Source: Antedon mediterranea | Lineage: Eukaryota > Animalia > Echinodermata | NCBI RefSeq assembly: GCF_964355755.1 | Contig: NC_092673.1 | Span: forward strand, 22,751,648-22,815,647 | Length of the DNA stretch: 64,000 bases | Direction: 5' to 3' | In this document: piece by piece, positions 1-12,930 of the stretch | Position numbering within the stretch: position 1 is the first letter of the stretch | How the letters are laid out: every line of letters starts with the position of its first letter | Program-made: the position numbers and the translations under genes | The notes under the pieces: model-generated | Seen by the model: the letters and a program-made list of their open reading frames with translations, nothing else | What the model was told of the DNA's origin: nothing | The model's database searches: none

Positions 1-415
1 GGTTCACACTTGGACGCAACACAAGAAAAAAAGGCCATTCAGTAAATAACCGATGCAATGAATAAACATTTACCATTGTACAAGGTTTCAATTATACCTA
101 AATTATACCTAAAATTAAGCTAGTGTCCTGGTAAATCTGTAGTCAAATAAGAAAAGCATGATGTGGCTTTTCAACATTAATATGAAAAAAGGAAGAGTAG
201 TCATAATACTAAATAAAAAGTACATTATGCTTTTTTTTCATTTCATCCAAATTAAACTGAAAGCTATTAAAGAATAATAAAAAGAATTTTAAGTTCATTG
301 CTAATAATGATCTTATTTTTAAAACTACAATGTCTGCATTTCATTTATTATATAATGCAATATTACAACAGGATTATAACAAAGAATTGAAATTGCTAAA
401 CACAATCTGAAAAAG

Positions 416-676
416 AAAACCTTACAGAAAAAGTAATCTAATCTAAATGAAATAACGATGTACAGTAGTAATATGGTTGTACGATTATTGTATAAAAAAG
501 GTCTAAAAACCTTACAGAAAAAGTAATCTAATCTACATGAAGTGAAGATGTACAGAAGTAATATGGTTGTACGATTATTGTATAAAAAAGGTCTAAAAAC
601 CTCACAGAAAAAGTAATCTAATCTAAATGAAGTGAAGATTTACAGAAGTAATTTGGTTGTACGATTATTGTATAAA
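416..676. repeat. 90-bp tandem repeat, ~3 copies
   Basis: AAAACCT(T/C)ACAGAAAAAGTAATCTAATCT at 416, 506 and 596. Confidence 0.92.
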
Positions 677-1000
677 CAAGCACGAATGTGCGATACTCGG
701 GGTACAGCAAAAGAAGCTGTAATGACGGGATGTGACGTCACATACACATCAATAACCTCGCTACCAAATACGGCTATACGGTACCATCTTCGAGACGTCA
801 TATGGCTGCATCCGGTTTGAAATTAAAAAATCCGGCTCTATAGCTTTGAGGACATGTCCCTGTAGTATATTCATGCTAAATCCCAGCTCAATACTACAAC
901 GAATAAGGGAGGAGTAGTACTTTATAAATCGCACTTTTTACTCAATCGTGTCGGATGGAGGAGAAGATGAGAGGGTCCTAGACTCGGGTACCCCGAGTAA
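676..1000 (-). mobile_element. Non-autonomous Helentron/DINE-1-like element
   Basis: Subterminal IR TACTCGGGGTAC (694-705) / GTACCCCGAGTA (988-999). 3' hairpin GCAC-ATTC-GTGC then CTTGTT. Inserted in a T-run with no TSD. Confidence 0.7.
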
Positions 1001-2934
1001 AAAGGTCTAATACTGAAAGGGCCATGATTGGAAACTGCTAATTTCAAATAATTATTACTAATTATTACAGCGATTGCAGAACAAGGCGGCGCGGCTGGTC
1101 TTTGCATGTGGACGGGATCAGCCCTCGGATGGTTTATTGAAAGATCATTGGCTTCATATAAAAAAAAGAATTTTGTACAAAGTTATTGTTTTTGTTTATT
1201 TAAATGTATTTATTCTGTTGATGACACTGAAAAATGACAACAGTAACATTCAATGAACATGCTTATTAAATCATAAATAAACTTAACCTTGGGACCAGCC
1301 TTCTTTGTTGAGACGCACAACATTTGGCCAACATCTGCATGTAAAAAGACTTTATATCTTACAGTATAATCCCCATTTCTTAAGACTTACAAATCCTAAA
1401 ACATGCAAGGATGTTGTTATTACTTAAATACGATCATTTGATAACTTTATGGACATTATAAAATGTATTGCGTATATTAAGCGGGCCAATGAAAGTTTAA
1501 CAATTCTTTAATAAAAAGTTAGATTACATAGAATTTTCTCTGATGAATTAAATTATTTTCCATAAAATAAATGATAAAGAACATGCCATACATTAGGACC
1601 AGGCAATATTTTAAGCCGTTAAAATATTTTAAAAATTAGTGTTGTGCCACCCCTTTAACACGCCAGCAAAAATGCGGATTTATGTAACCCGAGTCGTACC
1701 AGGGACATGCACAGAAATGCGAAAATGTAGGCCGGTGTACAGCGTAAAAAGTTACCCGGGTCGCTGAACCACCCGGGTAAGTGATGATTTCAGGTTCGAA
1801 TCTCTGTTCGGGCAGTTTTCTCACTTTGACAAATTGATAGGTTGACTTCGTATAAACATGACATGCATTGTTTTTCTTTGTATCAGATTTCTCTTACACA
1901 TTTTTAATTGATGTATAATTAACCAAATATTATATCTAAAATTCATGCCTGTAGTGAACTGGAATTATAGAACCATACACCAGGGAGGTTTTATACCTCC
2001 CTAAATACAGTAGTTTTCTCTGTTAAAAAAAAAAAGGATGTATAATCTGAACAGAAGACATAAAATATGAAGCTAGATTCAAATTCACAATTGCTTGCGA
2101 ATTGTTGTAGAGTAATTAATTGGATTGTGCGATTGTCAGTTTTTAGACACTAAAGTGAGATATTGTATTTATTGCTTGCCGATCAAATACCTTCACTAAA
2201 TTAGCAATCAACCCAAGATATAAAATATAGTAATGACTTTTATCTTGCTCAAAACCAATCAATTGAAGTGGACGAAGAATTGACTAGGATTTTTTTTTAA
2301 GATTAAAAAGTAGATTGTAGGTTTTGTCTAATTAGCCATCCGGGAGATGTAATAATTCTAACAATAAAAAATAGTCATTAAGAAGATAGCTTTGAATAGT
2401 GTTAAGTTCCCTCATATTGCTCTTTGAAAATCAAATCTATCATATTAAAGAGACTTTGCTTCGAGGCTATGTTAATAATGGTGTTTGTTACCCAAACCAG
2501 CCTCAATTAATCAAGCAAAAAACATTGCAAATTACTTCAATCCAAAACCAATGTTTATACTGATGGAAATGTATATGATAAAAGAGAACAATAGACAGAA
2601 TAATAAAAAGGATTTACAATACACTATTCATGTTTATCACATCTTAAAGTACAGGCTCGTCATTTGATTGGTTGTGTTCCATGCATTATTTTCCCCCATT
2701 TTAATGATTGGAAATACTATTGTATGTTGAATAGTGAGGAGTAGTGAGGTATTTTTCCTGAATGCTCGTAAAATAAAAACGGTACTGGGTATGATGCCGA
2801 AAGGGAAGAGAAGGCAGGTTTTGAAGAAAACAGGGCACAGCATGTTTACAAACTCAACCAACCTCAAAATATGCATCCTCCATATGCATATGTGGTATAT
2901 GTAGAAATAAATGCCCTGTTCAAATCATCCACTG

Positions 2935-3521
2935 TCACCTCCGCCAAGGAGGAATATGTAATCGATCGCGTGTGTTTGTTTGTTAGCAGAATTACTCAAA
3001 AAGTAATTACAAGATCTTTACCAAAATGAATATACCGATAGATATGTGGTCAAGGACCATTCCATTTGGGACCATGGTCCCAATCCTGGACCACTTTTTA
3101 ATATACTTTTCAGACCTGCTAGTGTTAAAAGATAGAACAGAAGTTTTCAAAAGCTGGCGAGCAGTCTTAATTTAAAGTAACAAGTAAACTGAAATTGCAT
3201 TTTCTCGAGAACTACTTGTCCAAAAAACTTCATTTTTGTACAAGAGGAAAGAGTTGTAATTTGAGATTTGTAATTTTAAAACATAATTGATTTTCGCGTT
3301 GCTGTTCTATTGTTAGTCAACTGAAGCTATAATTGAAAGACTTGTTATTACATAACCATTACACCAAACTCGCATACACATGCTTGTAGTGAAATTAGCC
3401 TAAATCATAAACAGCATTAAGACGCACACAAATATATATACATATATTTTCCCAGAGAAATCTTATGTAGGAGAATTTTTTAGTAGGCGGAGGTATGCAC
3501 TCTCGGAGTGGCTTTCTTGTT
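2935..3521 (+). mobile_element. Non-autonomous Helentron/DINE-1-like element
   Basis: Subterminal IR ACCTCCGCC / GGCGGAGGT, (GTTT)n microsatellite near the 5' end, 3' hairpin CACTC-TCG-GAGTG, ends CTTGTT. Confidence 0.75.
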
Positions 3522-3664
3522 AAGTCTCAAGTTATATAAAACCTGTTATCAGAGCTAAAAACACTTTTAACCAATGGAATGCTTTCTTACAGTGGCTAAA
3601 GAAACATTTCTCTTTAAAACAAGTTTTCTGTAAATTTATAGATATAAATTCCCATTTTTCTCCT

Positions 3665-4505
3665 AAATGATGATTACTGCCTCTCCGCAGAAAAGTCTGC
3701 CGACATTTCCGCTTGGGCTGCTCCGTATATCTCTTTTACCAGTTTCTTCCAATCGGATCTTTCATTGGCTAGTTGTTTAAGTTGTTTGATGTCTTTCTTG
3801 GTTTTCAATTGTCCGGGATACTTGATGTTTGTGTTCTGCTTACATAAAGGGTGAGTAGGCCGTTGCTGAGGGTTATTGGTAGGGTGGTTCTCGGTCTTCC
3901 TCAAAATTTCATATTGGTAGTATTGCTGAAATAATAGCTTATTGCTTTGTTAGCTGGTGTACATGGGTCTTGTCTGAGTATATGACCCAATAGTCTCCAT
4001 CTTGCGTCGACTATTTCTAACGAAATTGGTCCTTCTGTTTAAATTTATGTTCAATATCCTGTCTGAGAACCTGATACCTATAATTTTGCGAAGTTGCTGT
4101 CTGTGAAATGTGTCAACTTTATGTGCTTCTTCTTTTGCGAGTCCCTGTGTTTAAGAGTTGAAGAGTAATATACTTTTAACTAGTGGGTTGTACAGCTTGA
4201 TGCATATTTTTAATTTGATTTTATCTTTTCGAAGCCACATCGAGTTTTGTTTGGTCATTGCTACACACGCTAGTTGTTTTCTTCTTATTATGTCTTGTCT
4301 GTCCTCAAGGAGCGATTTTGTGTTTCTCCATTGTTCTTGTATGTCCTCTTTTTCTCGTCTTACGATAGTGTGTTCTGTTATTTATTTATTTACATTTAAG
4401 TTGAAAGTTGATAGATGGCGTTCTAATTCGTTTATGTTATGCTTGCTGTTTAGACTCAAAAAATCTACATCATCAGCATATGATATCTCTTGAGGTATTT
4501 CTGTT
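3665..4505 (-). mobile_element. Degenerate RTE-like LINE 3' fragment
   Basis: YADD at 4469-4480 (minus), followed by IKLYNPLVKSILLF, KVDTFHRQQLRKIIGI and LANERSDWKKLV. Stops and frameshifts present. Confidence 0.85.
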
Positions 4506-4904
4506 TTTTTTTTATAATTTTTTTTTTTTGGTTATTTTTTCCCCTAAAGTTTTTTTAAATTAAATTTTATTATCTTTAATCAAAATTAACTCTGTACAAA
4601 TTGAGCCTGTGACAATTGTACAAATTGTGACTGACACAATCGTCATTTGTAAAAATGAAGCTAATTGTGAGTATCTTATTTGATTGCTACTCCTATCTAA
4701 CCTTCAGAATAATTAGCATCAGTTATTTTTAATCAAATACGGTAATATTGGATGTATCTTTCTAAGATTAAAGGATACAGAATATCGAATGAAATTTAAA
4801 TTACAGGCATTCTAAAATATTGCTTAAATAACTGCTTTTTGATCAATAAAACTTGATCTTGAAATTGTTGGTATAGTGAAAAAAAGTATAGTTTGTGTCA
4901 ATGT

Positions 4905-5669
4905 TTCTGCTGCAAGGATGATCACTTTGACTAAAAAGCGGCACAGTATTACACCGGTTTTGAAAGAGCTTCACTGGCTGCCAGTGTGTAAGAGAATAAC
5001 GTTTAAAATCTCGCTGATCACTTACAAAGCGTTACATGGGCTTGCCCCTGATTATATTCGCGAGCTCATTTCTGAATACATCCCGTCGCGCTCTTTAAGG
5101 TGATCAATTTCTTCTAACATTACCAAAATCATCCACTGCTTATGGTAGAAGGTCTTTTGCAGCAATAGCACCTTCATTATGGAACAAACTTCCACTCTTT
5201 GTGAGACTTGCTCCTTCAGTCAGTATTTTTAAATCACGACTGAAAGCCCATCTGTTCTCATCCGGTATTAATTAAATTATTCATTCATTCATTTATTCCT
5301 TCCCCGAAACCTTGACTCAGAAATACCGGGATGGTGTCCGGCGGGGGATAGTTTAACCCTAGCTTAAGTTGTGCATGCTTCATTTACTCTCTATTCTTAA
5401 TTCTGGCCCCGAAACCTTGACTCAGAAATACCGGGATGGTGTCCGGCGGGGGATAGTTTTACCTTAGTTAAGCATAGTGAAGCTTTGTTACATTTTTTTT
5501 TTTCACATTATTGATTGTCTCCATCCCCGAAACCTCGACTAAGAAATACCAGAATGGTGTCCGGCGGGGGATAGTTTATTACCATTAGTTAAGGTCCTAT
5601 GTAAAGCACCTAGAGGGGTCAGTGATCCATTAGGCGCTATATAAATACTGTTTATTATTATTATTATTA
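4905..5669 (+). mobile_element. L2-type LINE 3' fragment
   Basis: AARMIT..HSITPVLKELHWLPV..YKALHGLAPDYI..YGRRSF..APSLWNKLP..FKSRLKAHLF. L2-like end TGTAAAGC...GCGCTATATAAATAC(TTA)n. Confidence 0.9.
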
Positions 5670-6253
5670 ATACAATAGACCAACCACAGCATTGCACTGT
5701 CATGATTAATGTAAATGAGTTGGAATGACCTGTGTCTCACCGCATGGGCTGAATTGCGCACAAGTGTGTTCGATGTACTAAACAATATTTAATACAAATA
5801 ATAAAAAAACATTTTTAAATGATAAAATGGACAAATTTTAATGGGGATATATTTCAATTGTTAGTGTTTTCCTCCAAATTGGGGACCTTGAAGGTAAATG
5901 CATATCGGCTATACTGTAGATTAAGTCTTCCCCTATCATATCACTCTTTATTCTCTATTCCATTAGTTAATGTAAGAACCAATTCATTTACATTCTTCTT
6001 TAGTGTCTTCAATTTTTCAAAGACTAAAAACATTAGGCTTCAATCAAATCGAGACCTCTTTTAAAAATGCATTAAAATGCAATATAGAAAGTCTATAATG
6101 ATCTATAGAATAGTTATTGGGTTTTGCTGTATATTATTACTAATTATACAAAAATGCATTTTCATTCAGTGGTCCTGAAAAGTGCTTTTGATATAAATAC
6201 GATTGGTTTAGGTTAATACACTGTATTGTCAAAGTTAAAAAAATATTTGATAG

Positions 6254-6512
6254 AGCCTGGTTTCCATTAAAATTGCTACAGCGTTTCCATTAAAATCGCT
6301 ACACGCGCAGATGTCGCCGACACAACCGGGAAGGCTCCACGATTCATCGCAGTCAAATCGGCAAAGTTCAACCATGTTCAACTTTGCCGATTGTGTCGGC
6401 GATGAATCGTATACGCGTACTAAAGCGCTCGCATACTAGATCTCCAATAAATTCTAGCGTTTCCATAGAATCGCCATACTCTGTCGTGTAGCGATTTTAT
6501 GGAAACCAGGCT
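6254..6512. mobile_element. PIF/Harbinger-type MITE
   Basis: TIR AGCCTGGTTTCCAT / ATGGAAACCAGGCT, 3-bp TSD TAG. Confidence 0.85.
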
Positions 6513-8914
6513 TAGGCAATATTCAAGATTGTATGAAAAATTAAACACAATATTTAGTTTCTTTGTTTATTATGTTACAATAATTATAAATAACTTATAA
6601 TAATGATTGGTTTAGGTTAATACACGGTATTGTCAAAGTTAAGAAAATAATGGATAAGCAAATATTTAAGATTGTATGAAAAATTACATAATATTTAACA
6701 TATGATGTTTAGTCTCTTTGTTTATTGTATTCTTTTTTACAATGTTACAATCATTAAATAACTTGATAGTGAAAAAGTGCTAAAAATGTGTAGCAAAAAA
6801 GAAATAAAACTCCATGACAAGAACTTATTGGAAATTGTAATCCAGAATAGGAAAAGTTTTGGGAAAAGTTAAAATGATAAACTATTCACTTTACATAATT
6901 TAGTATAAATTCAGAATGTTGTTAATTGAACAATCAAAGTGCAAATTGTACTAGAGTGAGTGTGTGTTTAATTTTTGTATGATTTGAATTTTGGTATTTA
7001 TGGCCTGTTTTTTTTATACTATTCTTTTCAAATATAGTAGAAATTAGGTATGTATGAAATATGAAATGTTTGAAGATTAGAATAATTTGTTATGAACCTT
7101 TATTTAATTTATAAGGAGATGGATATCTATGTTGTTTTTGTTTGCTTTTAATTTTAATTTGATTTTGTTTTTCATTTGTAATGTAATATTTGATGAAATA
7201 AAAAAAAAGAAAAAAAGAAAAGAAATAGGTACCCCTTCCCCACCCCACGTTTTTGTGGAGTATTTTTTATCATAATTTTACTGAATTTGCGATGTAGGCA
7301 AAGTATAAATGAAATTACTATAAGATCGTTCATACGTGTCAGGATTCTGTATATATACCTCCGGAGTATAATTCCAACACATACAATGCGTTGCCCCAAG
7401 CCGTTCAACCCACAACTAACTAGCTAATGTAGTCATCATTAATACCAATACCCCCACCACTTTCCAAAATTAACGCATTGTGAACAGTAAAAACTGTTTG
7501 TAAATTGCATTGTTACATCAATTGAAGTGGAAAATTAAATACAGTGGTTTAAGTGCAAGATATTTAATGACTTTGCCAATCATTTTATACCTCTCTATAA
7601 AATCTATCTATGCATAAATGCAATAATGCAGATAGATATTTACAAGTGTATTTGTGTTTTATTGCGATTGAATTGTTTTGTTAACAAAACGAAGCCCCCA
7701 TCAAGGTCAAATTACCATTAGGGAGGGAGTTGGTTGGAAGCATAAAGTTTTCTTTTTTACTATCAACAGAATTAATCATAAAAGCGCATGTTCTATAATT
7801 ATAAATTAGCTTGATTAACAAAAGAAACTTTGTACCAGGATGATGTTATAAAAATATGAAGCTGTCTTTTAAAAGCATTTTACTTGTTTTAGTGATAGTA
7901 ACATCATATAACTTAAAAAATAACAAAATTAGAAAGGATAGATAATGTCATCATAAACTCTATCAAAAATAAATAATGACCTCTGATAAAGTGAATAATT
8001 CCATTAAAAAAGGTAGCTATTCATTAGGGATGTAATGTGATTATGAGAAGTCTTATTTATAAGGCCTTTCAACCACAGCCAAATATCAGAATCTACTAGG
8101 AACTATAAATAAAATGCAATAAAAAAAAAGGCTAACCGATTTTAAAAATTATGATGTAAACATGTTTACATACAGAAAAACAGATAGGAAATGAGAGAAT
8201 TTTGATTCTGAAATTTGAAAAAAAAAATAAGAACATCTGAAACTGCGAAGAAAATATACTGGTTCTGTATTAATGGTGAGCCTTCATTTTAAACCTGACC
8301 TTGACCTACATTAAAAATTAGTGATTTTTGTGTTACAATCAAATGGATATTATTGTTATTCCGGGAGATACAACAACAAAATATACAAAATTTGATTAAA
8401 AAAAGAAACTTGGGTGGTAGAGAAATGTGGTTAAGATCTATACTGCTCGTAAAATAAAATAAATATGGCTCATTTAAAAAGATTAGAGAAATTCTTAACT
8501 TCCAATACGGAGTGAACAATATAAACTTATATAATATAAACATATATAATATAAACATACCAGCCATTTTAAAACACTTTAGGCAGTATCTTTATATGCT
8601 GAAAATTGCAACAAAAAAAGCAATGTGTATAGGATTAGTGTCAAGAAGGCAGGTATTAGTTTTAATCTTTTCTAGAAAAGCTAAAAATGGGTAATATTAC
8701 ATCTACTCCTTGTTTAGGCACCGATGAGGAGGCGGGTGAAAGAGGAGCTACCACTTTTTAGAAAAATGTCTGGGTATATTCAATCCAAAAGTCCCAATAA
8801 TGCAAAATTTATTGTTGTAAGATATAAGAAGAAACTCTAGAGGGATTGAGTGAATTGCTGACACAAAGTTTTATCAAAATCAAACAGAAGAGGGGGCTAT
8901 TACTATTATAGTGT

Positions 8915-9463
8915 CAGAGCCATATATAGAGAGAGTTTCGACATTGAATGGATTAGAAGCCATGTTTGTGTCCAACTATTCCTATGTAGCGTATGGAGTT
9001 GAGTCTTTTGTTTTGAAAATGTAAAACGTTCAAAAGGCTTATCGAATTTAATATCAAAACAATCAATTTGTGTAAAGGTTTTTGTTAAAATAATAAAAAA
9101 ATTATAAAGTTACTGCGAACATGATTTAAACAACAAAAATAGCAATTTCGGAACGGCTCTAGTTGTGCGCGTTTAGTTTGTACAGCGATTCTCTATAGTA
9201 ATGCATTGTTTTTACATTTTGTTGTTTAAAATCATGTTCGCAGTAACTTTATGATTTCGTTATTATCTTAACAAAAACCTTTAAACTAATTGATTGTTTT
9301 GATATTAAATTCGATATTTAAAGCCTTGTGAATGTTACACATTTTTTTAGTAAATGACTCGACTCCATACGCTATATAAGCATAGTTGGACACAAAGATG
9401 GCCGGTGTGCACACCATGTGACTTGTGAACGCAATGTCGAAACTCTCTCTATATATGGCTCTG
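8915..9463. mobile_element. Foldback MITE with 8-bp TSD (P- or hAT-type)
   Basis: TIR CAGAGCCATATATAGAGAGAGTTTCGACATTG extending ~200 bp inward. TSD TATAGTGT at 8907-8914 and 9464-9471. Confidence 0.88.
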
Positions 9464-12254
9464 TATAGTGTCAGAGCCATACATATATATATGGCTCTGT
9501 ATAGCGTTTAAGACCAATATAATTCAATTTAATTTAGTAATATAATTTATTATTCAGGAAAATAATAAATTCGCCTTCAAATATTAAATATTTAGTGCAT
9601 TATATCAGTTTACAGTTTCTTTATGCACTGTAAATTTATATTATTTTTACAGGCATAGAAAACCTCTAAATCGCCCAGCAAGTCTCAAAATTTACCCTAG
9701 CAAATTTTTCATAAAAAATGCTAGTTGAAATTTTTAAACTAGTTAATTTATTTGCTTGTTGTATTTTTCTGCCAATTTTTCTTCATCGTTTTGTAGAAAT
9801 CAACTTGCCAAATTGCTCACTTGCTAGTTGGTTTAACAGTAAAGGTTTGCTAGTGGGAAAAAAAATCGAGCTCAACCCAGTGAATAATATAATACAATTA
9901 TCTTTTAAAATGTTGTTAATGAAGGAAGTGAGTCATGAAAGTATACTTTAGACTGTAAAAAAATTTGTAAAAATCAGTTTTGTAAGATAAAATAAATTGC
10001 TATTTGGGAAAGGAAATATTTATGAGTTTTGCATCAATCTATTCTTTCTTAATTAAGAAAATAAAGATTAGGTTGTCTACAAATCCACACAGTGTTTGTT
10101 TGTAATATTTATTGCTATCCACAATACGATACATTGTTGGGACAACTTAAATTTGTTAGTGCGAGGAATTTGTTTGTGGAAAACAATACTCCATCATTTT
10201 ATGAATATTTGAGGATTTCGACTTACCGATTTCTTACAAGAATAATGAAAAGCGAAAACAGAATGTTAATTTGTATATATAAATATTTGTTGATGGATTC
10301 AAACATGTACTACAAATGGAGAGAGGCATTATATACCAATAGATAAAGGTTTTGGTCCTCTCTCCTTCATCTTTTTTTTTTGTGTAATGTATTATTATAC
10401 CATATGGACAATTGTCTGAAATAAAAGTTGAATTGAATTGAATTGAATTATGATTTGAAATTACTAAAATCATACAGAACCTAAATAATTAAACTGTTAT
10501 GGAAGATCAGAGGATAACCCTTTAAGCTGGGATGCTTGTTTCAGAAAGGGTCCTCAACAATTATAAAATGAACATCAAAACATTTGATTAACAACATTAA
10601 CAAAAACATTTTTAAAAATGCAGTGCCGTGCCAACCATGAACTCTGGGGATAATGGACCATTGCACTGGAGCAACCTACTAATCACCAAAAAGATATGCA
10701 CTGGATTCTTTAAAGTGCACACAGGCCAGACGTGTAAAATGGACTTCCAATTTGAATTTTTCTCCGAGAACAATGGTCAGAGACTTGAACCTATGGCAAA
10801 TGTATGGCTATGGTCTGTGCCCCAAGCCACTCAACTAAACTTAAAGAGAAATGCTGTAGTTATACACAGAATAATCAAACAAGCAACATAAAACATAAAA
10901 CCCAATTTCACACACCACTTTGACAATATTAACCTAACTACAGTATATGAAAATCAACTCTATTAGGATTAGCTACAGCATTCAGATTTTATATGATGAT
11001 AAAAACATCTCAAAATAATATCATTTAAATCCAATTCATATTTAGTTAAAATCATGAAAGTGAAATTTTAGATCAATGTTTGCAGTTTGACACAAAGTAA
11101 TCAAAGTTGGATTGTATTGAGTAAAATAAATTTTGTAGAGATGATTAAAATCAAATGAACAGAGATTAAATCGCAATCAGATTTTGACTTGCTGATCGAT
11201 TCTGCTAATCTCTTGTTTTGTTCAGGCGTCAGATGAGTTTTATTGTCAATTGAGGAATATGTATTAAATAGAAAAACCATGTGGGATTTATGTACTGAGA
11301 TTATACAACTACAAATCTTGATTGTTTTTACAGTCAGAGATTATTCCAACAACAAAGTTCAAACTTGTCATTGTTAATATACCTTTTATTACAGTAATTA
11401 TTGCATTATAACTAGCCTAAAAAACAATTGTACATACCCACAAAAAACAAAATTATAGTTGGCTTTTTTTTAATATTAACAAAAATATTTAAGTAAAAAT
11501 AAAATACTGGGTATCCCATGCCCATGATTCCATTTTATGCTGAAATTCCTCTTATTATTTGAAATTTCATAATGTTATAAAAAGATTTAAAAATGCAGAA
11601 ATTAAGTACAAAATGCTATTAAACAGTATTTTTTAGATCTGCTTTTAGAAAGCACACTTAAAAAGTTTTGTAAGCTTTTTAAATAAATATGCTGGTATAA
11701 TTAATGGATTTTGAACATAAAAATCTTTTCTTTAAGGATGCGTTTTATTCTAGTAAATAGATAGAAGTGAATGGATCAAAAGATACTTACATATGTTGTT
11801 CTTTGTTGAAGAACAATAGAGAAGTATGAAAACAATATTGAGTACAAGTTGTATTTGGTAGCAATCGTTTATAAAACTTACAACAGTACAGTCAACTCTC
11901 CTGTTACCGGAAAATATTGGGCTGGCCTTCCCTAGTTTTCAAGCTATTCTCGTGAATGTGTTTTTAATGGTAAAAAAGAATTTAGGACAAACAAGGTGAC
12001 AGAGAAGTGATACCAACAAGGCTTGGAATCATTAAAAACACATTTTTGCGCACGCGATTTTTAAAAAGCAAAAAAAATAAAATTTATTTATGTATACATC
12101 ACATTCTACTCACAATCCTTTGTACATTCTCCGACTTTGAGTCCATTCTGACTTAAAATAACGGTATACGAGCACGTTAAAAATGACAAAATGCACACAT
12201 TAATTGCACAAAAGTACTAAAAATGGTAATGGCCTTTTTAAAATGAATATAACT

Positions 12255-12930
12255 TTTCAGAATGGAAGGTGACCCCCAATTTTTTTAACTTAATATGGAA
12301 GCCAATAAGTTGTAGATATAAATGTATATACTGTACACATTAAACGTACAAAATGATATGACATCATCAAATGGCCACTTGAATTTAAAAAATTAGGAAT
12401 TTTTTTTCATTTTGTGTAGGTTACACATTCAATAGAGCGCAACTCCGCTATTTGAGCCCAATTTTCGCACAAATTTCAGTATGTGCTTGCTTAATTATTT
12501 ATCTTTCTCATGAGTTGTCAGCGTTTTCATTTTGACGACGTTATCACGTGTAAAAACTTGAATGTGAGTCGTGTAATTTCACCTACACCATACAGTTTAA
12601 TATCTTACAGCTCATCAGAATTAAAGGTGACCTTGAAAATTTTAACTTATTAAGAAAGCTGATGAAATGAATGAAAATTAAGCCGATCGGATGTTGTGAT
12701 GGTATTATATGGCCAGTTGAAGTTAAAAAGTAGTTTTTAAATTTCTTTAGTCCAAGTTATACAAATTTCAAAGAGCGCGCATTGCGCTTCTACGTGTTCA
12801 ATTCTCTTCCAATTCTTATATTTATTTGCTAAACTCATTATCTTTCGAAATGATTATCTTTAGAGTTTATTTTGATAATCCATCATACCAAAAAATCAGA
12901 ACATGATGTGTATCCCGTAATTTCACCAAT
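12255..12930. repeat. Diverged ~355-bp direct duplication, probably the interior of an old DNA transposon
   Basis: TCAGAAT..AAGGTGACC...GGCCA.TTGAA...AGAGCGC...GTAATTTCACC occurs twice (~12258-12583 and ~12616-12927). Confidence 0.55.

Noticed and set aside
1785-1815. B-box-like GGTTCGAATC suggesting a tRNA
   Set aside because: No matching A box or cloverleaf upstream.
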